Virus record (IMG/VR): IMGVR_UViG_3300013307_000003
Location: 8,530-72,529 of that record
Length of the DNA: 64,000 nucleotides
Direction: 5' to 3' (one strand)
From: a virus
Shown here: in pieces, positions 49,990 to 58,184 of the stretch
Numbering within the stretch: the stretch's first letter is position 1
Layout of the letters: the number at the start of each line of letters is the position of its first letter
Notes under the pieces: model-generated
Told to the model about the DNA's origin: nothing
Database searches by the model: none
What the model saw: the letters and a program-made list of their open reading frames with translations, nothing else
Made by a program: the position numbers and the translations under genes

Positions 49990-50583
49990 ATGGCCGATCT
50001 CGAAGTAGCGAATCCCGCTGAAGACACCACGGCGGAGACGGTTGATGAATCTACCGGGCAGGAACCCGAGGCAGTTGTCAAGACGGAAGCTGAGCGAGCG
50101 CGCGAGGCGTATGCGGCTCGTGAGGAAAAGCGGAAGGCAGAACTCGAAGCCCTTCGCCGGGAAAACGAAGCCTACAAGCGTCGCGACGAAGAGTCGAAGG
50201 CGGCGGCGGAAGAGGCGCGTAAAGCGAAGCTCTCCGACGAAGCCCGCATTAAGGAAGAGCGCGACCAACTTGCCGCAGAAGTCGAGGGGTTCCGAATGAA
50301 CGCCCTACGCGACAAGATCGGGCGCGAGTTCAACCTGCGCGACGAGATGATCCCGCGCCTCATCGGGACCGACGAGGCGGCTATCCGTGCCGACGCCGAG
50401 GACCTTGTGCAGAAAGGTTTCACGAAGGCGCGGCCGAAGGTGGGCACTCCCACCAATCCGACAAACGACCAGGGGCCGAAGGGTGCGACCTATACCAAGG
50501 AACAGCTCTCGGACCCCGTTTTCTTTAGAGCGAACGAGAAAGACATCATGGCGGCGATGCGCGAAGGTCGCATTAACCGCTAA
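49990..50583 (+). CDS. capsid scaffolding protein
   Basis: Acidic N-terminus, coiled coil, C-terminal IMAAMREGRI, directly before capsid gene. Confidence 0.8.
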   Translation: MADLEVANPAEDTTAETVDESTGQEPEAVVKTEAERAREAYAAREEKRKAELEALRRENEAYKRRDEESKAAAEEARKAKLSDEARIKEERDQLAAEVEGFRMNALRDKIGREFNLRDEMIPRLIGTDEAAIRADAEDLVQKGFTKARPKVGTPTNPTNDQGPKGATYTKEQLSDPVFFRANEKDIMAAMREGRINR

Positions 50584-50687
50584 CCCCTCCTGACCCTCTC
50601 ACGGGCAGGCTAACAATCGAATAGGCAGATGAACAGGCTCCGAGCGATCGGGGCTTTTTTGTTGCCTGCCTGGGAGAGTAATCGGAC

Positions 50688-51656
50688 ATGGCAAATACCA
50701 ACATCACGACTTCTCAAGCCAGCGGGTTCATCCCCGAAGTCTGGCTGAACGTCGCACTCGGACGACTGCGCAACTACCTGACAATCCAGAAGTGTGTTAC
50801 TCGGGACACCGATCTCGACAGCACGCAGAAGTTCAACGTCGGGCAGACCCTGCACCTGCCGAAGCGCGGCAGCCTCTCGGTCAACGACAAGGCGGAGAAC
50901 CAGAACTACACGGTTCAGAACCCCTCTTCCTCGACCGTTGACCTGACACTCAACAAGCACAAGGAAGTCACCTTCGGCGTGGAGTCGCGCGCAATCGCGA
51001 CCGCCAATCAGAACGTGATCCAGGGGTACGTCGAGGACGCGTGCATCGCCCTCGCAGAACAGATCGACATCGATCTCCTGAGCCTCGTTACGTCCTTCAC
51101 GGGCGGCACGATCGTCAACGCGGGCAACATCACGGAAGCGAACATCATCACCGCGTGGGGGTACCTCGTGACCGCACAGGTTCCCGCGAGCATGAAGAAG
51201 TACGGCATCTGCGGAGTCAGCCAGGCGCAGGCACTCTTCCAGATCGACAGGCTCGTGCGCTACGACTCGCTCGGGGTGTCCAACGACATCACGAACGCGC
51301 AGGTCGGCGGCGCGAGCGGGGCCGGTCCGTTTACGATGGCGGGCGCGCTCGGCAAGCTGTACAACTTCGAACTCGCAGTGACGCAGCTCATCCCGAACGC
51401 CGCCAGCCCGCTCTACGACAGGAATGCGTTCTTCTCGGAGGATGCGATCCTCTTCGCTTCCCGTCCGCTGGAGAACCCGGACGGCAACCTCGGCGTGCAG
51501 GCGACGGTCATCACCGATCCCGAGAGCGGGATTTCTCTGCGCCTCATGCACTCCTACCAGCACCTTCAGGGCGCGCACGTTCTGACGCTGGACGTGCTCT
51601 ACGGCTACACGATGATGCGACCGACCCACGGCGTCCAGATCCAGACCGCCGCGTAA
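50688..51656 (+). CDS. major capsid protein (HK97 fold, P22-coat-like)
   Basis: FIPEVW, GQTLHLP, LTLNKHKEV.F, ALAEQID, LDVLYG. Confidence 0.88.
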   Translation: MANTNITTSQASGFIPEVWLNVALGRLRNYLTIQKCVTRDTDLDSTQKFNVGQTLHLPKRGSLSVNDKAENQNYTVQNPSSSTVDLTLNKHKEVTFGVESRAIATANQNVIQGYVEDACIALAEQIDIDLLSLVTSFTGGTIVNAGNITEANIITAWGYLVTAQVPASMKKYGICGVSQAQALFQIDRLVRYDSLGVSNDITNAQVGGASGAGPFTMAGALGKLYNFELAVTQLIPNAASPLYDRNAFFSEDAILFASRPLENPDGNLGVQATVITDPESGISLRLMHSYQHLQGAHVLTLDVLYGYTMMRPTHGVQIQTAA

Positions 51657-51757
51657 GTCGTTCTCACCTTGCGCACCGGCACCCGACGGGGAAAAGCGGC
51701 GACCTACCGCAGCCGGTGCGCAACCGATTTCTTAGGTCGTTCTCTGGGGAGGGAACA

Positions 51758-51958
51758 ATGGGACTGGTGCAAGGGCCGAAGTGCCCGGAATGCAATATCG
51801 AGAAGCACCCGTGGGGATTGCGGGAGTGGAAGTGTCCGCAGTGCGGGGCGATTGGCGGGAACACCCTTGACGACCTCGTGAAGCGGATCGAGGCGCTTGA
51901 GCAGATTGTTGCGCCTATGATGCAGAAGTCCGAAGGTCCGAAGGGTCAGGTCGCCTGA
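51758..51958 (+). CDS. small zinc-ribbon protein
   Basis: GGAGG RBS; CPEC..CPQC plus short coiled coil. Confidence 0.6.
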   Translation: MGLVQGPKCPECNIEKHPWGLREWKCPQCGAIGGNTLDDLVKRIEALEQIVAPMMQKSEGPKGQVA

Positions 51959-51959
51959 G

Positions 51960-52979
51960 ATGGCTCAATATACCTGTACGCAGTGCCGATGGACGCTGGA
52001 AACGCCGCTCTGCCCCGGCTGCAACCAGTTTATGACCGACGACATCGAACTCGTCGAAAGTTTTATGGGCGGCGTCGATCTACCCGAGCGACCGATCACG
52101 TGGACGACGGCGTTCGGGCACTGGGGCGATGCCTTTATGTGTGCGGGCGTTATGAAAGCCATGCTCAAGCACACAGGGCAACCGCTGTGCAATGTGCTCT
52201 ACGTTGGCCCCGACCCTTCGATCGCGGATTGGTTTCGTGAACAGGAGTTTGTTTGCGACGTGATCGCGGTCAAGATCACCGGCGTGGACGTATATCCGAG
52301 GTTCTGGCAGATTGCCGCTCGCCCTGGCACGGAACCTGCCGATTGGCTTGCAGTCATTCAACCGATCGAGCCGAACCTGCCAGATCCGTGCAAAGTCACG
52401 CAGACCCACATCAACATGAAGTGGTTCCACAAACAGGCGGTGCAACTCTGGCATGACGCGAAACTGCCCGAGAGCGCGCGACGGTGGGCTCGGAACGCGA
52501 GCATTGAAAACGGTCTCGACGGCCCCGGAAAAGTAATCCACATCCATCCGGTAAGCACGTGGAGCGAGACTTCTCAGAACCACTGGCCGCACTGGAAGGC
52601 AGCGATCGAGCGCCTCCTTCTGACGACGCCGCATACCTACGTCGTGACCGGATTACAGCCCATCGACCGACTCTGTGAGAACGACCGGCTCGTGAACATG
52701 ATCGGTAAGACGCCGGGAAACATGGAGATGCTCGCGCTCTCCGAGCGGTGCGATGCGGTCATCAGCACGCCGAACAACGTCGCGCTGTGGTCGGTGATCC
52801 AGAAGCAGAAGGCGTTTTGCGTCGGGAACATGGCGTCGAAGTTCATCACGAGCTATTACACGCGGTTCCTGATGCGCGGCGATCGCATGAAGTATATGGG
52901 CGTTGACACCGAATTCGACGACTTCCTGAACGCCGTCTATCCGTGGCTGGAAGAGGTAGAACCGTGCCCGATTCGCTGA
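51960..52979 (+). CDS. GT9 (heptosyltransferase)-like glycosyltransferase with N-terminal zinc ribbon
   Basis: GHWGDA, IHIHP..NHWPHW, VNMIGKT..LAL..CDAVIS. Confidence 0.6.
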   Translation: MAQYTCTQCRWTLETPLCPGCNQFMTDDIELVESFMGGVDLPERPITWTTAFGHWGDAFMCAGVMKAMLKHTGQPLCNVLYVGPDPSIADWFREQEFVCDVIAVKITGVDVYPRFWQIAARPGTEPADWLAVIQPIEPNLPDPCKVTQTHINMKWFHKQAVQLWHDAKLPESARRWARNASIENGLDGPGKVIHIHPVSTWSETSQNHWPHWKAAIERLLLTTPHTYVVTGLQPIDRLCENDRLVNMIGKTPGNMEMLALSERCDAVISTPNNVALWSVIQKQKAFCVGNMASKFITSYYTRFLMRGDRMKYMGVDTEFDDFLNAVYPWLEEVEPCPIR

Positions 52980-53680
52980 ACATACCCTACGTCTCGGAAA
53001 TCGGGCTTGAGGTCCACATCCAAGACCCAGACCTCGATCAGACGTGGGTGGGGGTGCAGGCGGAGCGCGTGCTCGTGCAGGTGCTCGGTGAACTGCAAGC
53101 GCCGGTCGGACTGCACGGGGCGGGCGGCACAGGGAGGCAGTTCGTTCCGACGACCGAGACGCGCATTTTCGACGGCAATGGCTATCCTGAACTACCAGTG
53201 GACGACATCGTTCCGGGCACGCCACTCACCGTGACCTGTTACGGCGCTGCCTATCCCGACGTGCTCTTGAAGTACAACGGCTACAATCGCGGCCATAACA
53301 CTCTCATCCGTCCGCAGTCGTCGGGCGCGATCCTCGGGGCCTCCTACGGGCTTTCGGGCATCTTTGCGCTCGGCATCCAGAACATCAGCGTCACGACGAC
53401 GTGGGGTTTCGCGGCGGCACTTCCGAACGACGTTTCGCAGGCGATCCTCGACGAGTGCACGGCGCGCATCCTGCGGTATCAGGACCTGGGGTTGGACGGC
53501 GCTGGCGAGTCGCTGAAGATCGGGAGTTTTGAGGTTGACACGAGCGGGGGCGCTAAGAACTGGATGAACTCCGCGAGCGTGCCGCAGCTTCAGAAAAATT
53601 TCGCGAACGTGATTATGGCTTACCGAAGCCGTGGCAACGATAAACTCAAGCGCATCGCGGCGGGCAAGAGGATGAGCTGA
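52964..53680 (+). CDS. head-tail connector/adaptor
   Basis: TGRQF..ETRIFDG, NISVT..WGF..PNDVSQA, SLKIG. Confidence 0.7.
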   Translation: MPDSLNIPYVSEIGLEVHIQDPDLDQTWVGVQAERVLVQVLGELQAPVGLHGAGGTGRQFVPTTETRIFDGNGYPELPVDDIVPGTPLTVTCYGAAYPDVLLKYNGYNRGHNTLIRPQSSGAILGASYGLSGIFALGIQNISVTTTWGFAAALPNDVSQAILDECTARILRYQDLGLDGAGESLKIGSFEVDTSGGAKNWMNSASVPQLQKNFANVIMAYRSRGNDKLKRIAAGKRMS

Positions 53681-53681
53681 C

Positions 53682-54023
53682 ATGGGCATCTCTGCGGCGA
53701 AGGCGAAGCGGCTCGCGACGAAGCGCATCAAGCAGAAGGGCTGTCTGACAACCATTAATGGCTCGGCCGCAGTTCCCTCTGTGTGGACGGAAGCCGGGAT
53801 GGAGCGCATTCAAACCTTCCTCAGCGAGAATGAATACAACAAAGAGAGCTACGAGATACGGTTCCAGGCGAGTGCGCTCGCAAGCCCATACCTGCTCTCG
53901 AACGGTTCTGAGATCAAGCGGACGCTCGACGGATGGACGGGCGTGGTAAGGGGCATGATCCCACACCACGTCGGGAACACATTCGCAGCGGTTACGGTTC
54001 TCGTGGTGCTGACTACCAAATGA
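53682..54023 (+). CDS. putative head closure protein
   Basis: Size and position. Confidence 0.45.
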   Translation: MGISAAKAKRLATKRIKQKGCLTTINGSAAVPSVWTEAGMERIQTFLSENEYNKESYEIRFQASALASPYLLSNGSEIKRTLDGWTGVVRGMIPHHVGNTFAAVTVLVVLTTK

Positions 54024-54577
54024 TCGAGAAAATAAGCGCAAAACTGTTGACGATCCTCGCTGCCGATTCCCGCCTTTACGCAGGCGGGAATTCTTATGCC
54101 CCTGGCTGGACGGGCGTCAAGCGCGAGTCGCTCGGGGACACGCCAACAGCAGGTTACGTCAACCTCTTCGACAAGTCCCACGACCCGGACGGTGTGGGGC
54201 ACAGTCCGGGTATCTACGTTGGGACGCGGGGATTAGAGGCAACCGATGACGAGGAGTTCGAAGTTCAGTCGGGGACCGGGCGCGTCGAACTGCGCCTTCT
54301 CACCGTGCCGCTCTACATCACGTGCCTCGCGACGGACAAGTACACCGCTCGGAAGATGCGCAACCAACTGCGCCGAAACGTGAAGGTGATCCTGATGACC
54401 CAGATCGTCGTGACGGACTACTGGTACGGACTAGAGATGCCCGGCGGGGCCGGGAGCATCACGAACGAACGCGTCTGGACGACGGCCACCGGCGGCGGCA
54501 CTCAGCAATCGGCGGAAGGGATCGCGATCGTACCGGTCCGCATTCACTACAGTTGGAACCCGACCTGCGACGCGTGA
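54020..54577 (+). CDS. putative tail terminator
   Basis: Size and position before tail tube. Confidence 0.45.
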   Translation: MIEKISAKLLTILAADSRLYAGGNSYAPGWTGVKRESLGDTPTAGYVNLFDKSHDPDGVGHSPGIYVGTRGLEATDDEEFEVQSGTGRVELRLLTVPLYITCLATDKYTARKMRNQLRRNVKVILMTQIVVTDYWYGLEMPGGAGSITNERVWTTATGGGTQQSAEGIAIVPVRIHYSWNPTCDA

Positions 54578-54628
54578 GCAGGTCTTATTACCGTATGCAT
54601 ACCGCTCTGGCGGTTTGAGGAGAATGAC

Positions 54629-55849
54629 ATGGCAAACCCGCAATCAGGTCGTCAGAGCATCGTGGGACTTGGCATCGAATCGGCGTTCCGGTCCGCACCG
54701 CTCACTTCGCTTGGAGCGAACGTTTACAACGTCGGGATCGTTAACACAAACCCGATGCGCTTCTTCATCGCGGAGCCGGGCGGCGGCTTCTCCGATGGCA
54801 CGACGAAGGATGTCGGAACGGACGAACAGGACGGCGACTCCGAAATCAATCGCGTAACACTCACCGGGAAGAATTACCAGGGGAAGGACAGCGCGAAGCT
54901 CGACCCAGAGAATTTGTATTACCCGGCGCTCGGTATCTTCGGGCGCGACGTTGAATCGACGCTTGCAGCGGGTGCCCTCAAGCACGTCTTCACGCCGACC
55001 GTGCGGCACATGCCCTCTTTTGTGATGGAGGAGCAGTACGGGGATGCGTCGAGCGGACGACTCTCGACCGGACTGATTTTCCCTGGTCTTCACATCACGC
55101 ACGGCGCTGTCCTGACGTGGCAGGCCGACTACTACGCGCACCGACAAATCCCGAACCGTTACCCGGCAGGCGGCGGCATCGACACCGATTACGACTTCAC
55201 GAACGCCGCGGCGCTTCTGCCTTCGCAGCTTGGCGGCGATGGCACGAAGCAGGTGAAACTCAACCTCGCGCCGACCGCGATCGACGTGGCAGAGGGGAAC
55301 TGCGGGAACGGTCCGCTGGTGTGGGGGAACATGCGGTTCGGCAACGAGTCGGGGTTCTCGAACACCTTCGTAACGCTCAACGATTCGGCGGTCGATGCGC
55401 GCATTCAGCCTGGGTGGGTTCTTGACCTCATCCGCGACATTGAGAGCCACATGTCGGGCGGGAGTGGATTCGACCCGACCGACCCTGTTGGCAACGTTTT
55501 TAGCGCAAGCGGGAAGATGGACTTCCTGTTCCTCGACAACACGATTGCGAGGGCCAACCTCACGAACTGTAAATTCGGCATCAACCTCCAGTACGTCGGC
55601 GCTCAGATCGGATCGACTGGCTTCTATTACAGCTACGAAGTCCACCTGCCGCGCGTGAAACTACTGAACGCGCCTGTGACCAGAATGCAGAAAACGATGA
55701 TGGTTAACTCGACCTTCCAGGCCGAGAAAGACCGATCGTTCGGCTACTCCTGTAAGATCACCCTCCAGAACAGCTACACGCACGCCGCGCTGCTCGGTGG
55801 CAGCGGGACTTACACCGGTGGTGGTATGGGTGGCTGGGACGCGAGCTAA
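54629..55849 (+). CDS. major tail tube protein
   Basis: VGLGIES.F, KHVFTP..PSF.ME, HLPRVK; no sheath gene seen. Confidence 0.7.
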   Translation: MANPQSGRQSIVGLGIESAFRSAPLTSLGANVYNVGIVNTNPMRFFIAEPGGGFSDGTTKDVGTDEQDGDSEINRVTLTGKNYQGKDSAKLDPENLYYPALGIFGRDVESTLAAGALKHVFTPTVRHMPSFVMEEQYGDASSGRLSTGLIFPGLHITHGAVLTWQADYYAHRQIPNRYPAGGGIDTDYDFTNAAALLPSQLGGDGTKQVKLNLAPTAIDVAEGNCGNGPLVWGNMRFGNESGFSNTFVTLNDSAVDARIQPGWVLDLIRDIESHMSGGSGFDPTDPVGNVFSASGKMDFLFLDNTIARANLTNCKFGINLQYVGAQIGSTGFYYSYEVHLPRVKLLNAPVTRMQKTMMVNSTFQAEKDRSFGYSCKITLQNSYTHAALLGGSGTYTGGGMGGWDAS

Positions 55850-55929
55850 TTCCCCTCTTCCCGCCTGGACCGCGCTCCTATCGCGTGTTCGGGCGGGAAG
55901 ATCAAGCCGTATAGGAGGCGGCGCGATCT

Positions 55930-56607
55930 ATGAGTGATGCTACGTTCCCGCGTCGCACGGCGGCCGAACTAAGGCTCCCGAACGACGACACGGTATGGGT
56001 TTGTACCCTTAATTCACTCCTAAGCGATGAAGTCCGCGAAGAGACGAGTTTCTTTACTGCGAAAAAGTGCAGGCCGATCTCGAAGGGCGGTGCCGACTAT
56101 TCGGCGGTCATGGCCGAGATACGCGGCAAGCCTGCGACCGAGCAAGCGGAACTGATCGCCGACGGCGAGTTCCGAGCGATCAAGAGCGAGTCGGAAGCGA
56201 AACACCCGGTGCCCGAGAAGCCGAATACGTCGGGAGAAGATGCGGTCAAGGACATCGAAGCAGCCGCTAAGTGGGAGGAAGAGTGCAGGAAGGCGGAAGA
56301 GAAGCGGCTCGCGTTCCAGCAGAAGCGGTATGGCGAGGAAGTGAAGAAGGCGCTTGCACTGACCGCGAAGACGCGCATCGATCGTGCTTACGCGGCCTGG
56401 GTATCGCTGCAGTGGGCGACCGCCTACAGTAAGCGATTTGTGCTAGAGACCCTTCAACGTGCCGTACGACGCGATTACGACCACTCGGTGCGCTACTTCC
56501 CGAACGTCGTCGCAGTGGAAGATGCTGATGACGACGTTCTGCAGGCGCTCTGCCGCTTCTACTTCGAAGAACTCGCGACGGTGACGCACGCCGATATCCC
56601 TACCTAG
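55930..56607 (+). CDS. tail assembly chaperone (G)
   Basis: Between tube and tape measure; ends ATC CCT ACC TAG. Confidence 0.6.
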   Translation: MSDATFPRRTAAELRLPNDDTVWVCTLNSLLSDEVREETSFFTAKKCRPISKGGADYSAVMAEIRGKPATEQAELIADGEFRAIKSESEAKHPVPEKPNTSGEDAVKDIEAAAKWEEECRKAEEKRLAFQQKRYGEEVKKALALTAKTRIDRAYAAWVSLQWATAYSKRFVLETLQRAVRRDYDHSVRYFPNVVAVEDADDDVLQALCRFYFEELATVTHADIPT

Positions 56608-56942
56608 CCCGCCGTGTGCTCGGCACGGCGGGGCTTTCCAGTTTGTACCGGCTCGGGGACCCGCTCAATCTTCGAATGACCGGGATCGTCATCAACCAGC
56701 CCGACCTACCGTATTGGTGCGTCGGCATCCTCGACTGGCTGGCGCGGGTCCAGGCGTTGCAGCAGGCGAGCGGCGAACTGAAGATGTATCGTGAGTTCTT
56801 GAGAATGTGCCTTGAGGAAGGGCATTCTTATGAGTACGTAAACACGAACACGAACAAGACAACCATGCTCCACGGCCCCGCTGCGATCTACGCACTCCAC
56901 CAGGAATACGGACTGCGGCTTGAGGCGGAGGCGAACAAATGA
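56598..56942 (+). CDS. -1 frame extension of chaperone (T)
   Basis: Open -1 frame with no good RBS; hairpin right after the G stop. Confidence 0.5.
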   Translation, partial: PYLARRVLGTAGLSSLYRLGDPLNLRMTGIVINQPDLPYWCVGILDWLARVQALQQASGELKMYREFLRMCLEEGHSYEYVNTNTNKTTMLHGPAAIYALHQEYGLRLEAEANK

Positions 56943-57391
56943 TCTCGCTGAAGATTGCGACCCCTGCCGTTCCGTTCAACATTGGACCGTCGATCGTCGC
57001 GCGTGTGCGTGCCCGGTTCATGCAGGAGGCGGGTGCGCTGATCGTGGATAGCGTACGATCGATCCTCGGGCAGTCGTCGATCTACAGCCTTTCGCCCGAG
57101 TACGCCGCGCGCAAGCCGCACATGAAGGGGTTTCGGCGGGTCGCGGGAAAATCGGCGGATCAGCCGCTTATCCTAAGCGGGCAAGGAATATATGACAACA
57201 TCGATGTCGTGGCTGACGGCGACGGGTTCATCGTTCACGTGGATGACAAGGCGGGTACATCCCCTGAAGGATTCGATTACGCCCAGCACTTTGAGGACCT
57301 TACCGACTATTTAGGTAAAGGCTTGGATCTGGTAGAAGACAAACTTGCCGATCTCATGGGAGACATCATTGTGCAGGAGATGGGGCTGTAA
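56939..57391 (+). CDS. putative tail completion/morphogenesis protein
   Basis: LSPEY..RK..PLILSG motif. Confidence 0.5.
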   Translation: MISLKIATPAVPFNIGPSIVARVRARFMQEAGALIVDSVRSILGQSSIYSLSPEYAARKPHMKGFRRVAGKSADQPLILSGQGIYDNIDVVADGDGFIVHVDDKAGTSPEGFDYAQHFEDLTDYLGKGLDLVEDKLADLMGDIIVQEMGL

Positions 57392-57445
57392 CAAGGAATT
57401 GTCGGGCCGCACACAGAAACGGCGTCTCTTGAAAAGGAGATTGCC

Positions 57446-57913
57446 ATGCGACGACTATTTTTGCTATTAGGGCTGTGCATTCTTGCGGGGTGTGGTGGTG
57501 GATCAAGTGGGCCACCGATCATCAATTTTCCGTTTAACGGCAGCCGAACCGGAACGTGGTCTGGGCGCGAAACAGATATTGTCAGTCGCGCATCCGGGGT
57601 AATGAATCTCACCATTCAGGCGAACGGCGTCATCTCGGGCACGTGGCAGATTGACAATGGCGCACTCTGGACGATCTCGGGTAATCTCGTAACGCTCGAC
57701 GGCGTACAGCCTCTTGTGATCAGTGATAAATTTGCGGTCGGGCTGACGTTCGATTCGCCCGGACAGGCTGAACTCAAGAGCGAGCCAGGCGCGACGATGG
57801 AGGCTAACCTCAGCACGGATCACCTCAATGGCTCTGCGGTAATGACGAACGTAAACATTCCGATGTCACAAAGACACGATTTGAGTTTTGCATTCGATCT
57901 CGTTCGACAGTGA
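57446..57913 (+). CDS. lipoprotein (moron)
   Basis: Signal peptide with lipobox LAGC then GGGSSG. Confidence 0.75.
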   Translation: MRRLFLLLGLCILAGCGGGSSGPPIINFPFNGSRTGTWSGRETDIVSRASGVMNLTIQANGVISGTWQIDNGALWTISGNLVTLDGVQPLVISDKFAVGLTFDSPGQAELKSEPGATMEANLSTDHLNGSAVMTNVNIPMSQRHDLSFAFDLVRQ

Positions 57914-57916
57914 CTA

Positions 57917-58096
57917 CTACAGCGCAGGCCAAATCGCGCCTTTAATGCAAAGTGCGATAAACCCTACTATTGCAATCGCGACCATAATCAAGACAAACAT
58001 ACAACCTTGCATGATGCATGTCGATAGACGGTCTGTCGGCGACATCGGCTTCTGCTCATCTTCCGGGTCGTAAATCGGGTCTGAAATTTTTGACAC
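57917..58096 (-). CDS. small membrane protein (moron, opposite strand)
   Basis: GGAGGGGAG RBS, GTG start, one TM helix. Confidence 0.5.
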   Translation of the reverse strand: MSKISDPIYDPEDEQKPMSPTDRLSTCIMQGCMFVLIMVAIAIVGFIALCIKGAIWPAL

Positions 58097-58142
58097 AGCA
58101 ACTCCCCTCCCACGAGAGTTGCGCAAGATATTACCTGAATTC

Positions 58143-58172
58143 GCCTCTTGCTTTTGGCAAGAGGCTTTTTTG
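58143..58172 (+). terminator. intrinsic terminator-like hairpin upstream of tape measure
   Basis: GCCTCTTGC-TTTTG-GCAAGAGGC-TTTTTT. Confidence 0.65.
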
Positions 58173-58184
58173 TTGGGTGGATTA

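Noticed and set aside
54629-57391. Contractile tail
   Set aside because: No sheath or baseplate wedge genes recognised in the window
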